DNA of 64,000 nt, taken from positions 864,001 to 928,000 of the forward strand of contig CBDCXV010000001.1 in assembly GCA_965223905.1 (NCBI GenBank), in the 5' to 3' direction. The notes beneath the pieces were generated by a model, which saw nothing but the letters and a program-made list of their open reading frames with translations, did not search any database and was not told the origin of the DNA. The position numbers and the translations under genes were made by a program. This stretch comes from Candidatus Latescibacterota bacterium. GTDB lineage: Bacteria; Latescibacterota; UBA2968; UBA8231. Shown piece after piece: positions 19,729 to 27,734 of this stretch; the stretch's first letter is position 1; each line of letters starts with the position of its first letter.

Positions 19729-21181
19729 AATGTCTCCAACTAAGCATCGTTGAAACGGCTTCCAGAATCTCGGCGCTTGACAGAGCGAACTTCGTGGAGG
19801 CCGGTGGGAACAGGATCTGCGTGGCCTCCCGAGGCTCAAGCTTCAGCATTCCGCCGCCCAGAGGATGTCCTTCGAGCTCGCAGCTCAGCCGAAGGAAGGG
19901 TGTGTCCCAGTACTTCGCCAGTTGACGAACAGCATTCTTGTCGCGGGCACGAATACTGTGGACGGCATTTGTACAGGTCGCACCCGCGGCGTTTCGGACC
20001 AAGTGCGGCATGCGCCCCGACATGTAGGTCAGGAAGAAATCGGGCACATGCACATCCGGAACTGAATACCAAGGCTCACGCATTCGGCATTTGTATGCTG
20101 CCCGGGCGCGCCTTCCCCGATCGGTATCTAGATATCTGGCAACGCCCAACGGCAATCTACCCCTCTTCGGAATCCGCAGGAGCATCATGGGATCATCGGA
20201 TTGCCACCACTGTTCTATGGTCCTCGTGGTGAGTTCTTTGGGCGGCAAGACCCGACCGTTCCGCACCGTCGGGTGGAGGAGCCTGTCTGGGATGCTCCAC
20301 TCCTCGGCCTGGGAAGGACGTAGATGGAAGAATTCGTTCGCTCCGCTGACGTATCCGATCCCAATGGTCGCGATGTCCCCGAAACGGATCGCATCCGAGC
20401 TTGACGCGGCTACCTTGTAAAGCTCTCGCACGCTGCTTGGCAACAAGTAGGGCCGTAGTCGACGGTTCCAGGAATTGCGCCACTCGTGAACCGACACCCG
20501 GATGCCGTCGCGAGGTGGTGTTGCAGATGGGATGAAGTGATCGCATACCGAGAACCGCAATTCTGCGGTGCGGCCGCCAAAGCCACTGGCATAGAGCAAC
20601 CAGCAGTCCTCGGATAGCTGTGGAAAGAGCTTTCTACGTACAGCAATGATTTGTACGGTGGAGAAATGCTTAACGAGGTAGTCCAGCAGCGGCGCAGCAT
20701 AGGGAGCATGGCCGATGGCTGCGGGCACGACAAACGCCATTCGGCCATCGGGCTCTAGCATGTTCGCGGTCGCTACAAGGAAGGGCGCCCAAGACGCAGT
20801 GAGTCCGGAAAACCTCACCCCTAAAGATGCACACAGCTTCAGGGCGCGTGCGCGGACCTCACCCTTGAAAGTCTGATAACGAATGAAGGGAGGATTGCCA
20901 GCGGCACACTCGAAGCGTTCATCTGAACTTGCAGCCCAAGCGAAGAAGTCAGCCTCGCAGACGACTCCCCAGGGAGCACGGCGCATCGCCACGCGCACAG
21001 CTACGGGGTCTTGTTCGACCCCGTAGCTGTTCTGGTGGGCAGCAATGAAACGGCCATCTCCGCATGACGGATCGAGAAGCCGGTCGGACTCCTTTCGAAC
21101 GGCCCAACGAACGAGATTGGCCACGACAGGTTCCGGGGTATAGTAGGCGCCGGAATGCTTTTGCGAGAGGATAGCCATCAA
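19712..21181 (-). CDS. N6-adenine DNA methyltransferase (gamma class, PaeR7I/XhoI/TaqI-like)
   Basis: GAYYTP, motif I LLDPSCGDGRF, motif IV GNPPFIRY, and C-terminal R.PWY...GGGMLKLEP. Confidence 0.9.
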   Translation of the reverse strand: MMAILSQKHSGAYYTPEPVVANLVRWAVRKESDRLLDPSCGDGRFIAAHQNSYGVEQDPVAVRVAMRRAPWGVVCEADFFAWAASSDERFECAAGNPPFIRYQTFKGEVRARALKLCASLGVRFSGLTASWAPFLVATANMLEPDGRMAFVVPAAIGHAPYAAPLLDYLVKHFSTVQIIAVRRKLFPQLSEDCWLLYASGFGGRTAELRFSVCDHFIPSATPPRDGIRVSVHEWRNSWNRRLRPYLLPSSVRELYKVAASSSDAIRFGDIATIGIGYVSGANEFFHLRPSQAEEWSIPDRLLHPTVRNGRVLPPKELTTRTIEQWWQSDDPMMLLRIPKRGRLPLGVARYLDTDRGRRARAAYKCRMREPWYSVPDVHVPDFFLTYMSGRMPHLVRNAAGATCTNAVHSIRARDKNAVRQLAKYWDTPFLRLSCELEGHPLGGGMLKLEPREATQILFPPASTKFALSSAEILEAVSTMLSWRHYAAKE

Positions 21182-21442
21182 GCAACTCCTAAGGGCTTAA
21201 GACCTCCATCATGGGTGATAACCGCCTCCCCGGACCATCTTCAGAGTTTCTTCTTGAGGCCGGATCGCCGTGGTCTGTCGATCCTTGGTGTCCAGCACCC
21301 AACCTCGCATTCAGGCTGCCAGTCCCGTGGTGGTTCTTTAACCATCCCCTGTTATTTCAGCGGGAATGTGGATGACGTATGGCAGTTCAACCTGATCGGG
21401 ATTGGGGTCCCGCCTGGAGATCGTCCAGACAGTCGGTCAGGG

Positions 21443-21495
21443 GGCGGTTTTTCAAGGCAAGCCAATCCAAATCGGCCCGGATTGGAAAATCCGCC
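21443..21495. repeat. Imperfect palindrome, REP-like hairpin
   Basis: GGCGGTTTTTCAA ... TTGGAAAATCCGCC, with an inner CCAATCC/GGATTGG stem. Confidence 0.4.
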
Positions 21496-21565
21496 ACCAT
21501 AATCATAACAACCGAGGCCGCAGGCGCCGAAAACCGCGCCTGCGCCCCGGCAGTATTTCCAGCTG

Positions 21566-22654
21566 CTACGGCGACGGCAACTGGTACCCCTCCACCTCGA
21601 CCTCGATCTTCGCCAGTACCGACTTCTGCCCATCCATGCCGATCCCGTAGGTCAAGTAGAGCGTCTTCGCCGTCTCGCCGCGGCCGAAGGCGACGTTGGT
21701 TGGAACCGGTGTCGGGATGTAGGCGAGTTCCTCACCCTGGGGAGAATAGCAGACGATTCCGGGCCGCTTCGCGTCGCGCACCGCGACCCAGAGATTCCCC
21801 TCGACGTCGCACACCAGCCCGTCGGGGCCGTCTTCAGGCAGATAGTCTACCAGCACCTCGCGGAAGGCGGCGCTGCCGTCTTCTGCGAGGTCGTAGGCCA
21901 GCAGCGCCATTCTGCCCTTGTGCGAGGGATCCGCGGCAGTCATGCCGCCGGGGTCGGCGGCGGCCAGCGGCAGGCCAGTCGAGCCGTTGTCGTTGGAGAC
22001 GACGTAGAGCGACTTCTGGTCCGGCGACACGGCGACGCCGTTCGGTTTTCCGGCGTCGGTGATGATGCGGTGGATCGATCCGTCCGTGTCGATGCGGTAG
22101 ACGCCGAAGACTCCCATCTCCATGGACTCGTGCCCGAGGTAGCGCGGATCGCTGAAATAGATCCGCCCCTTTTCGTCGAGTGAGACGTCATTGGGGGAGT
22201 TGAATTTCCTGCCGTTGTAGGTGCCGGCGATGATCTCGGCCTTGCCGGTCGTCAGGTCGGTGCGCGTCACCCGGCGCCCGCCGAAGTCCGCCCCTTCACA
22301 GGCGATCAGCCGCCCCATGGCGTCGAACTTGAGGCCGTTCGACATGCCGCTCGGCGAGCGGAAGACCGCGGTTTCCCCGGTCATGGGGTCGTGGCGCCAG
22401 ATGTGGCCGGCCTGCATGCCGGAGACGCCGCTGAAGGTGATGTCGCTGAAGTAGACCGACCCGTCCAGCGCCACCGCCGGCCCCTCGGTGAAGAAGGCGC
22501 CGTCGAAGACAACTTCGATGCGGGCGTCCTTCGAGATGATGTCCGGATTCCCGGACGGAGCGGGAAGCTCGTGGTCGTCTGCCCAGGCTCCCGCCGCCAG
22601 CAGCAGGGCGCCGCCGATCGTCGCGATTCGAGAAACAAGAATGCTTGTGCGCAT
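21566..22654 (-). CDS. Secreted SMP-30/gluconolactonase/LRE family protein
   Basis: Signal peptide, then FTEGP, SNGL, FNSPND, KPNGVAVSPD, GPDGL and TNVAFG. Confidence 0.9.
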   Translation of the reverse strand: MRTSILVSRIATIGGALLLAAGAWADDHELPAPSGNPDIISKDARIEVVFDGAFFTEGPAVALDGSVYFSDITFSGVSGMQAGHIWRHDPMTGETAVFRSPSGMSNGLKFDAMGRLIACEGADFGGRRVTRTDLTTGKAEIIAGTYNGRKFNSPNDVSLDEKGRIYFSDPRYLGHESMEMGVFGVYRIDTDGSIHRIITDAGKPNGVAVSPDQKSLYVVSNDNGSTGLPLAAADPGGMTAADPSHKGRMALLAYDLAEDGSAAFREVLVDYLPEDGPDGLVCDVEGNLWVAVRDAKRPGIVCYSPQGEELAYIPTPVPTNVAFGRGETAKTLYLTYGIGMDGQKSVLAKIEVEVEGYQLPSP

Positions 22655-22785
22655 GTCCCTCTCCTTTGTTTGCGAGGGTGTGCAATCGGCCACCCTCTCT
22701 GTTGGTTGGTCCTTGCCCGCCGCGTCCGGCCTCGAAAATACCGGAGCGCCGCGGACGGAAGCTATGATTCCTTTCCGCCGCGCCC

Positions 22786-23982
22786 CTACCGCTGCCAGAC
22801 TTCGGTCGACGCGCCGGTGGGGTGCGGAGCGGTCGGCCGCCAGCGCAGCTCCCGGTACGACTCGTACTCGATCTGCAGCCAGTCGGTCGGCACCCGCACG
22901 TGCCCGGCGTAGCGCGAGTCCATCGCCGCGGCCAGGATGCCGCTGGTCAACAGGGTCCGCTCCACCGGGTACGCCGGCACCCCGGTGAGGAACATCTCCT
23001 CGATGTTGAGGCCGAGGTAGCTGAAGTGGGCGTTGGCGTTCTGCATCGGGTCGATGGCCTTGAAATGGTTGAACTCCGTGGCCGCCACCTCACCCCCTGC
23101 CGCGCGCGCCGCGTACGCCCAGTCGCCGACGACCCCCTTCGGCAGGATCAGCACCGCTGACCTGAGACCGTCCCGGTACTCGATCAGGAAAACCGCCGGC
23201 TCCGGGCACAGCTCCTCGACGGCTCCGGACGGCTTCTCGGAGATGGCGTCCCACGCCGCCTGCAGCAGCTCGCGGGACCAGTCCCCGCGCCTCGCCGCCT
23301 CCCATACCGCTTCTCCCTGGAGGCAGGTGACCGCGGCGACCCCGGTCTCCCCTCCCCGGCGCCGCTCGACCATCGCCTGCATCGGCTCGAGGGCGTGGAT
23401 TCCGTACGTCTCCAGTCCCGAGAAGCCGATCGTCACGGTTTCGCGCAGGTCGTCGCCGTCGTGCTCCAGCCAGGGGTTGCGCCACATCAGAGGCACCGAC
23501 GAGCCGGCCATGAACGGGGCCCCGAGCTCGCGGGCGCGGTCGTACATCCACCGGGCGTCGGGCCAGCTCCAGGACAGGTGCTTGTCGTTGAACACCGGCA
23601 CGGCGCGGCCGCTCGTCGCCATGACGCCGCAGATCTGCTCCATGAAATGCCGCCGGGGGTACAGGTACTGCTCCTTTTCGCTCCAGGCGTACTTGCCGTG
23701 CTCGCAGATGCTGAGGACTCCATCCACGGCCAGCTGATCGCCTCCCAGAGTCAGGGCATCGATCATGATGTTGAAGATCGGCACGCCGTGGGCGGCCGCC
23801 ATTTCGCGGCCGAGATCGCTGTTGCCCGGTTGATCGAAGTGGAGGGAGGCGATCTCCACGCGGGACTCGATCCAGCCGTCGTCGGTGGGAAACCCCCTGA
23901 GGAATTTCGAGACGATGACGTCGGCGTGAGAGCGGGGCCGGTACTCCGAGACGATCGCGGCGATTTTCTTCTTTGCGGTCAT
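22786..23982 (-). CDS. Uncharacterised oxidoreductase-like protein (paralogue 1 of tandem pair)
   Basis: Starts MTAKKKIAAIVSEY.PRSHADVI. Motifs VDGVL..CEHG, VFNDKHL, AGSS and YGIHALE. Aligns along its length with the adjacent gene. Confidence 0.75.
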   Translation of the reverse strand: MTAKKKIAAIVSEYRPRSHADVIVSKFLRGFPTDDGWIESRVEIASLHFDQPGNSDLGREMAAAHGVPIFNIMIDALTLGGDQLAVDGVLSICEHGKYAWSEKEQYLYPRRHFMEQICGVMATSGRAVPVFNDKHLSWSWPDARWMYDRARELGAPFMAGSSVPLMWRNPWLEHDGDDLRETVTIGFSGLETYGIHALEPMQAMVERRRGGETGVAAVTCLQGEAVWEAARRGDWSRELLQAAWDAISEKPSGAVEELCPEPAVFLIEYRDGLRSAVLILPKGVVGDWAYAARAAGGEVAATEFNHFKAIDPMQNANAHFSYLGLNIEEMFLTGVPAYPVERTLLTSGILAAAMDSRYAGHVRVPTDWLQIEYESYRELRWRPTAPHPTGASTEVWQR

Positions 23983-23993
23983 GGCGGTCGCCT

Positions 23994-25190
23994 TCAGGCT
24001 GGAGGAGGCCAGGGGTCGAGACAGGCGCCGGCCGGCCGCGGTCCGAGCGGACGCCACGGCAGCTCGTCGTACGATTCGTAGGCGACGTCGAGCCAACCGG
24101 TCTCGAGCCGGCGGTACCCCTCGTGGCGCGACGTCAATGCCGCCTCGAGCACCCCGCTCGTCAGCAGGGTGCGTTCCACCGGCCAGACGGGGCGGCCGCT
24201 GACGAACATCTCCTCGATGTTGAGGCCGAGGTAGCTGAAGTGGGCGTGTGCGCCGTTGCCGCCGTGGCCCTGGCAGTGGAACTCCGAGGCTTCGACGCTG
24301 CCGCCGCCGAGGCGGGCGGCGTAGGCGAGGTCGGTGACGTAGCCGTTCAGCATCAGCGCCGACCCCCTGAGGCCGTCGCGGTACTCGACGGCGAACAGCG
24401 ACGGGTTGCGGCAGTGTTCCTCCATGCTGCCCTGCGGCTTGTCGGGGAGAGCCGCGCAGGCGGCTTCGGCCAGCTGGCGCGACCACACCCCTCGTTCTGC
24501 CGCCTCCCAGACGGCATCCCCCTCGAAACAGGTGACCGCCGCAACCCCGGTTTCCCCTCCGCGCCGGCGTTCCACCATGCACTGCAGCACCTCGAGGGTG
24601 TGGAACCCGTAGATGTCCAGGCCCGAGAACCCGACGGCCAGCGCTTCCTCGAGCTCCACCCCCTTCTCGTGCTCGAGCCAGGGGCTGCGCCAGGCCACCG
24701 GCAGGGAAGAGCCGGCCATCAGCGGTGCTTGAAGACCCGCCGCGCGCTCGCACATCCAGCGGCAGTCGTGCCAGTTGTAGGAGAGGTGCTTGTCATTGAA
24801 GACGGGGACGCCGCGTCCGCTCGTCGCCATGACGCCGCAGATCTGCTCCATGAAATAGCGGCGCGGGTAGAGCTGCTGCTGCTTCTCGTTCCAGGCGTAG
24901 TCCCCGTGCTCGCCGATCAGCAGCACCCCGTCGACCGCGAGGGAATCGCCCCCGAGGGTCAGGGCGCCGGGAATGCTGTGGTAGATGGGGACCCCGTGCT
25001 CGGCGGCGATATCCCTGCCGATGTCGGTGTCGGGAAACTGGTCGATGTACATCGAGGCGATCTCGACTTGAGGCGCGATCAGGCCGTCGTCGGTCGGGAA
25101 GCCCTTGAGGAACTTGCCGACGAGAACGTCGGCGTGAGAGCCGCGGAAATACTGGGTGATGACCGCGGCGATGCGTTTGCGGGTGGACAA
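23994..25190 (-). CDS. Uncharacterised oxidoreductase-like protein (paralogue 2 of tandem pair)
   Basis: Same motif set: SHADV, VDGVLLIGEHG, VFNDKHL, YGFHTLE and PVERTLLTSG. Confidence 0.75.
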   Translation of the reverse strand: MSTRKRIAAVITQYFRGSHADVLVGKFLKGFPTDDGLIAPQVEIASMYIDQFPDTDIGRDIAAEHGVPIYHSIPGALTLGGDSLAVDGVLLIGEHGDYAWNEKQQQLYPRRYFMEQICGVMATSGRGVPVFNDKHLSYNWHDCRWMCERAAGLQAPLMAGSSLPVAWRSPWLEHEKGVELEEALAVGFSGLDIYGFHTLEVLQCMVERRRGGETGVAAVTCFEGDAVWEAAERGVWSRQLAEAACAALPDKPQGSMEEHCRNPSLFAVEYRDGLRGSALMLNGYVTDLAYAARLGGGSVEASEFHCQGHGGNGAHAHFSYLGLNIEEMFVSGRPVWPVERTLLTSGVLEAALTSRHEGYRRLETGWLDVAYESYDELPWRPLGPRPAGACLDPWPPPA

Positions 25191-25206
25191 GGGAGGAGGC
25201 GGAAGC

Positions 25207-26163
25207 TCAGGCGACCGCCGCCAGGGCGGCCAGCAGCGCCTTGATGTAGCCGACCGAGTAGGCGAGGCCGTGCTGGCCGCCGTCGCCGTCGCCCTCGAGA
25301 GCGGGGATGTGGTCGGGGTTGAGACAGCCGTCGAAGCCGAGCCGTTTCAGCTTCAGCAGCACCTTGAACATGTTGATGTCGCCGTCGTCGAGGAGCACCT
25401 CCTCGAAGGCGCTCGCCGTCGCCAGGGAGCCGCGCACGTTGCGCAGATGCACCATGAAGATACGCCCCTTGCGCCCGTAGTTGTCGATCTCGTCCATGAT
25501 CAGCGGCCCGCCCCCCGCCTCGGCGCGAGTGCCGCAACAGTAGAGGTATCCCACCTGCGGGCTCGGAAAGGCGTCGATGAGGCGGTGAAACCCCAGCCCT
25601 CCGAGCGGGGTGTCGGCATTCGGTGTGTCCGACGGGTGCATCGCCAGCCTGATGCCGGTCTCTTCGGCGACGGGCACCAGTTCCCCGTACAGGACGCAGA
25701 ACCGTTCCCACCAGAAATCCAGCGCCTCCGGCGCCGGCGGAGGCGGCGGATTGCGCGTCATCGCCAGGCTCTCCCCCCGCGACTCGTAGCCGCCGCGGTG
25801 TTTCGAGCGGTAGCGCGTCATCATGGCGGGGAAGGTGTCTCCGGCGACGCGCTGTCTCGCGATCGGGACTCCCGCCTCGGCGAACACCCGCAGCGCCCGG
25901 CAGCTGTTCTCCAACTTCTTTCCGCCGTCCTCCCGGTCCTTCATGAACTCCTCGGTGATGTCGGGAAGGGTGACGCGGTTGATGTCCATGCCCCAGGACT
26001 GGATTTTGCGCCGGATCCCGACGACCTCGTCGAGGTCGGGGTACCCCTGCTCCCGGACGCCGGGGAAGTAGTCGCCGCTGCCGAAGTCGAGGCAGTCGAC
26101 CCCGAGTTGAGAGGCTCTTCGCAGGTGGCTTTCGGAGGTGTCGCCCCAGATGGAAATGCGCAT
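25207..26163 (-). CDS. Mannonate dehydratase (UxuA)-like protein
   Basis: Motifs LVPVAEETGIRLAMHPSD, IFMVHLRNV, FEEVLLDDGDINM, NPDHIP and AYSVGYIKAL. Confidence 0.8.
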   Translation of the reverse strand: MRISIWGDTSESHLRRASQLGVDCLDFGSGDYFPGVREQGYPDLDEVVGIRRKIQSWGMDINRVTLPDITEEFMKDREDGGKKLENSCRALRVFAEAGVPIARQRVAGDTFPAMMTRYRSKHRGGYESRGESLAMTRNPPPPPAPEALDFWWERFCVLYGELVPVAEETGIRLAMHPSDTPNADTPLGGLGFHRLIDAFPSPQVGYLYCCGTRAEAGGGPLIMDEIDNYGRKGRIFMVHLRNVRGSLATASAFEEVLLDDGDINMFKVLLKLKRLGFDGCLNPDHIPALEGDGDGGQHGLAYSVGYIKALLAALAAVA

Positions 26164-26392
26164 CGGGACTCGCAGTGACCTTTCGGGGAGGCGGCGGATC
26201 AGCGGGCTCGTCGCGCCGCGACAGGCTGCCTGTTTCCCTTGCTGAAGGCGGGGGCGGTGAGGATTTCCGGCGTGTCGCCGCTGTGGTTTGCGGCCGCCCA
26301 GGTTTTCTCTCTTGCCCCGAGGGAGCAGCAAGATAACTTGACCGGCATTGATCTACAACCGGCGCAAAGCGCGAAAAAACAGGTGCGGGAGA

Positions 26393-26791
26393 ATGTCCGG
26401 GAACGGCTGTTTCGAGCTGGAATTCGAGGTGCGGGACTACGAGTGCGACTTGCAGGGGATCGTCAACAACGCCGTCTATCTCAACTACCTGGAGCACACC
26501 CGCCACCGGCATCTGAAGAGCCTCGGCATCGACTTCGCCGCCCTGCACGAGCGCGGCTGCGACCTCGTGGTCACGCGTTCCGAGATCGACTACGAGAGCC
26601 CGCTGCGCAGCGGCGACCGCTTCGTCGTGCGCTCGCGGATGCGCCGGCAACGGCGGATCCGTTTCCTGTTCGAGCAGGAGGTCGTCAAGCTGCCGGGACA
26701 GGAGCGGGTGCTGCAAGCGGTCATAACCGGCACCGGTGTGATCGACGGCAGGATCGGCCTGCCCCCGGAACTGCAGAAGCTGCCGGGGTAG
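26393..26791 (+). CDS. Acyl-CoA thioesterase (4HBT/YbgC-like)
   Basis: Motif VRDYECDLQGIVNNAVYLNYLEHTR. Confidence 0.85.
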   Translation: MSGNGCFELEFEVRDYECDLQGIVNNAVYLNYLEHTRHRHLKSLGIDFAALHERGCDLVVTRSEIDYESPLRSGDRFVVRSRMRRQRRIRFLFEQEVVKLPGQERVLQAVITGTGVIDGRIGLPPELQKLPG

Positions 26792-26904
26792 CTGTTCCGG
26801 CGAGGGCGCGCCCCCACAAGGCCCGGCATCCGGCGAGGAGCCGGCTGTAGCCGCGACTCAGGGAAGCGGCCGCATTTTCCAACCAAACTGAAAGGAGGTC
26901 TCCG

Positions 26905-27684
26905 ATGAAAGAGAAGATCTGGCTCTGGTGTCACCCGACGGGAGCTCACGATGGGCGCTGGAACCTGCCCGACTCCTCAGCGGCTCCGATGGAGGCGCTC
27001 CGCTACCTCGACATCGAGAACGCGATCTACGTCGTCTTCAACAATCTCCCCCAGCCCCCCTTCGTTCCCCACGTCGGCGGCCTCAAGGAAGCGCGCCGGC
27101 TCGTTTGGTCGATCGTCGGCGATTCGAGCAGCGACCGGAACGACGACCGCGCCGACCTGGAGCCGGTGCTCGAGCTCGCCCGCGACTGCCCCAACCTCAC
27201 CGGGGCGATCACCGACGACTTCTTCCTTTTGCAACCTGGCGCCGACGGAGAACAGGCGCGGCTTTCGCTCGAGGAGCTCGCCGGCTGCCGCGACGCCCTC
27301 GGACGCTGCGAGCCGGCGCTGGAGCTGTGGACGGTTGTCTACGACATGATTCTCGGCCGGCCTCTGAAGCCGTATCTCGACCTGTGCGACGTGGTGACAT
27401 ACTGGACCTGGGAAGCGAAGAATCTCGTCGATCTCGAGCAAAACTTCGCCGCGGTCGAGGCGATGGCCCCGGACTGCCGCAAGCTTCTCGGCTGCTACAT
27501 GTGGGACTACGGCTCCGGGGGGGCCGAGGTTCCGCCCGAGCTCATGGACAAGCAGTGCCGCCTGGCCGAGTCGTGGATCGACTCCGGGCGCATCGACGGG
27601 GTGATCTTCCTGGCGGGCAATCTCTACGGCACGCGAACCGCGGGAATCGAGTACGTCAGGGACTGGCTCGCCGATCGCTGGTAA
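26905..27684 (+). CDS. Hypothetical protein (possibly TIM-barrel glycosidase-like)
   Basis: Strong RBS AAGGAGG and globular composition (GAITDDFF, YWTW, GCYMWDY). No family recognised. Confidence 0.6.
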   Translation: MKEKIWLWCHPTGAHDGRWNLPDSSAAPMEALRYLDIENAIYVVFNNLPQPPFVPHVGGLKEARRLVWSIVGDSSSDRNDDRADLEPVLELARDCPNLTGAITDDFFLLQPGADGEQARLSLEELAGCRDALGRCEPALELWTVVYDMILGRPLKPYLDLCDVVTYWTWEAKNLVDLEQNFAAVEAMAPDCRKLLGCYMWDYGSGGAEVPPELMDKQCRLAESWIDSGRIDGVIFLAGNLYGTRTAGIEYVRDWLADRW

Positions 27685-27734
27685 AGTATCCCGGCACACC
27701 ATCCTCGCCGGCAGACCGATTCCGTGTCGGGCCG

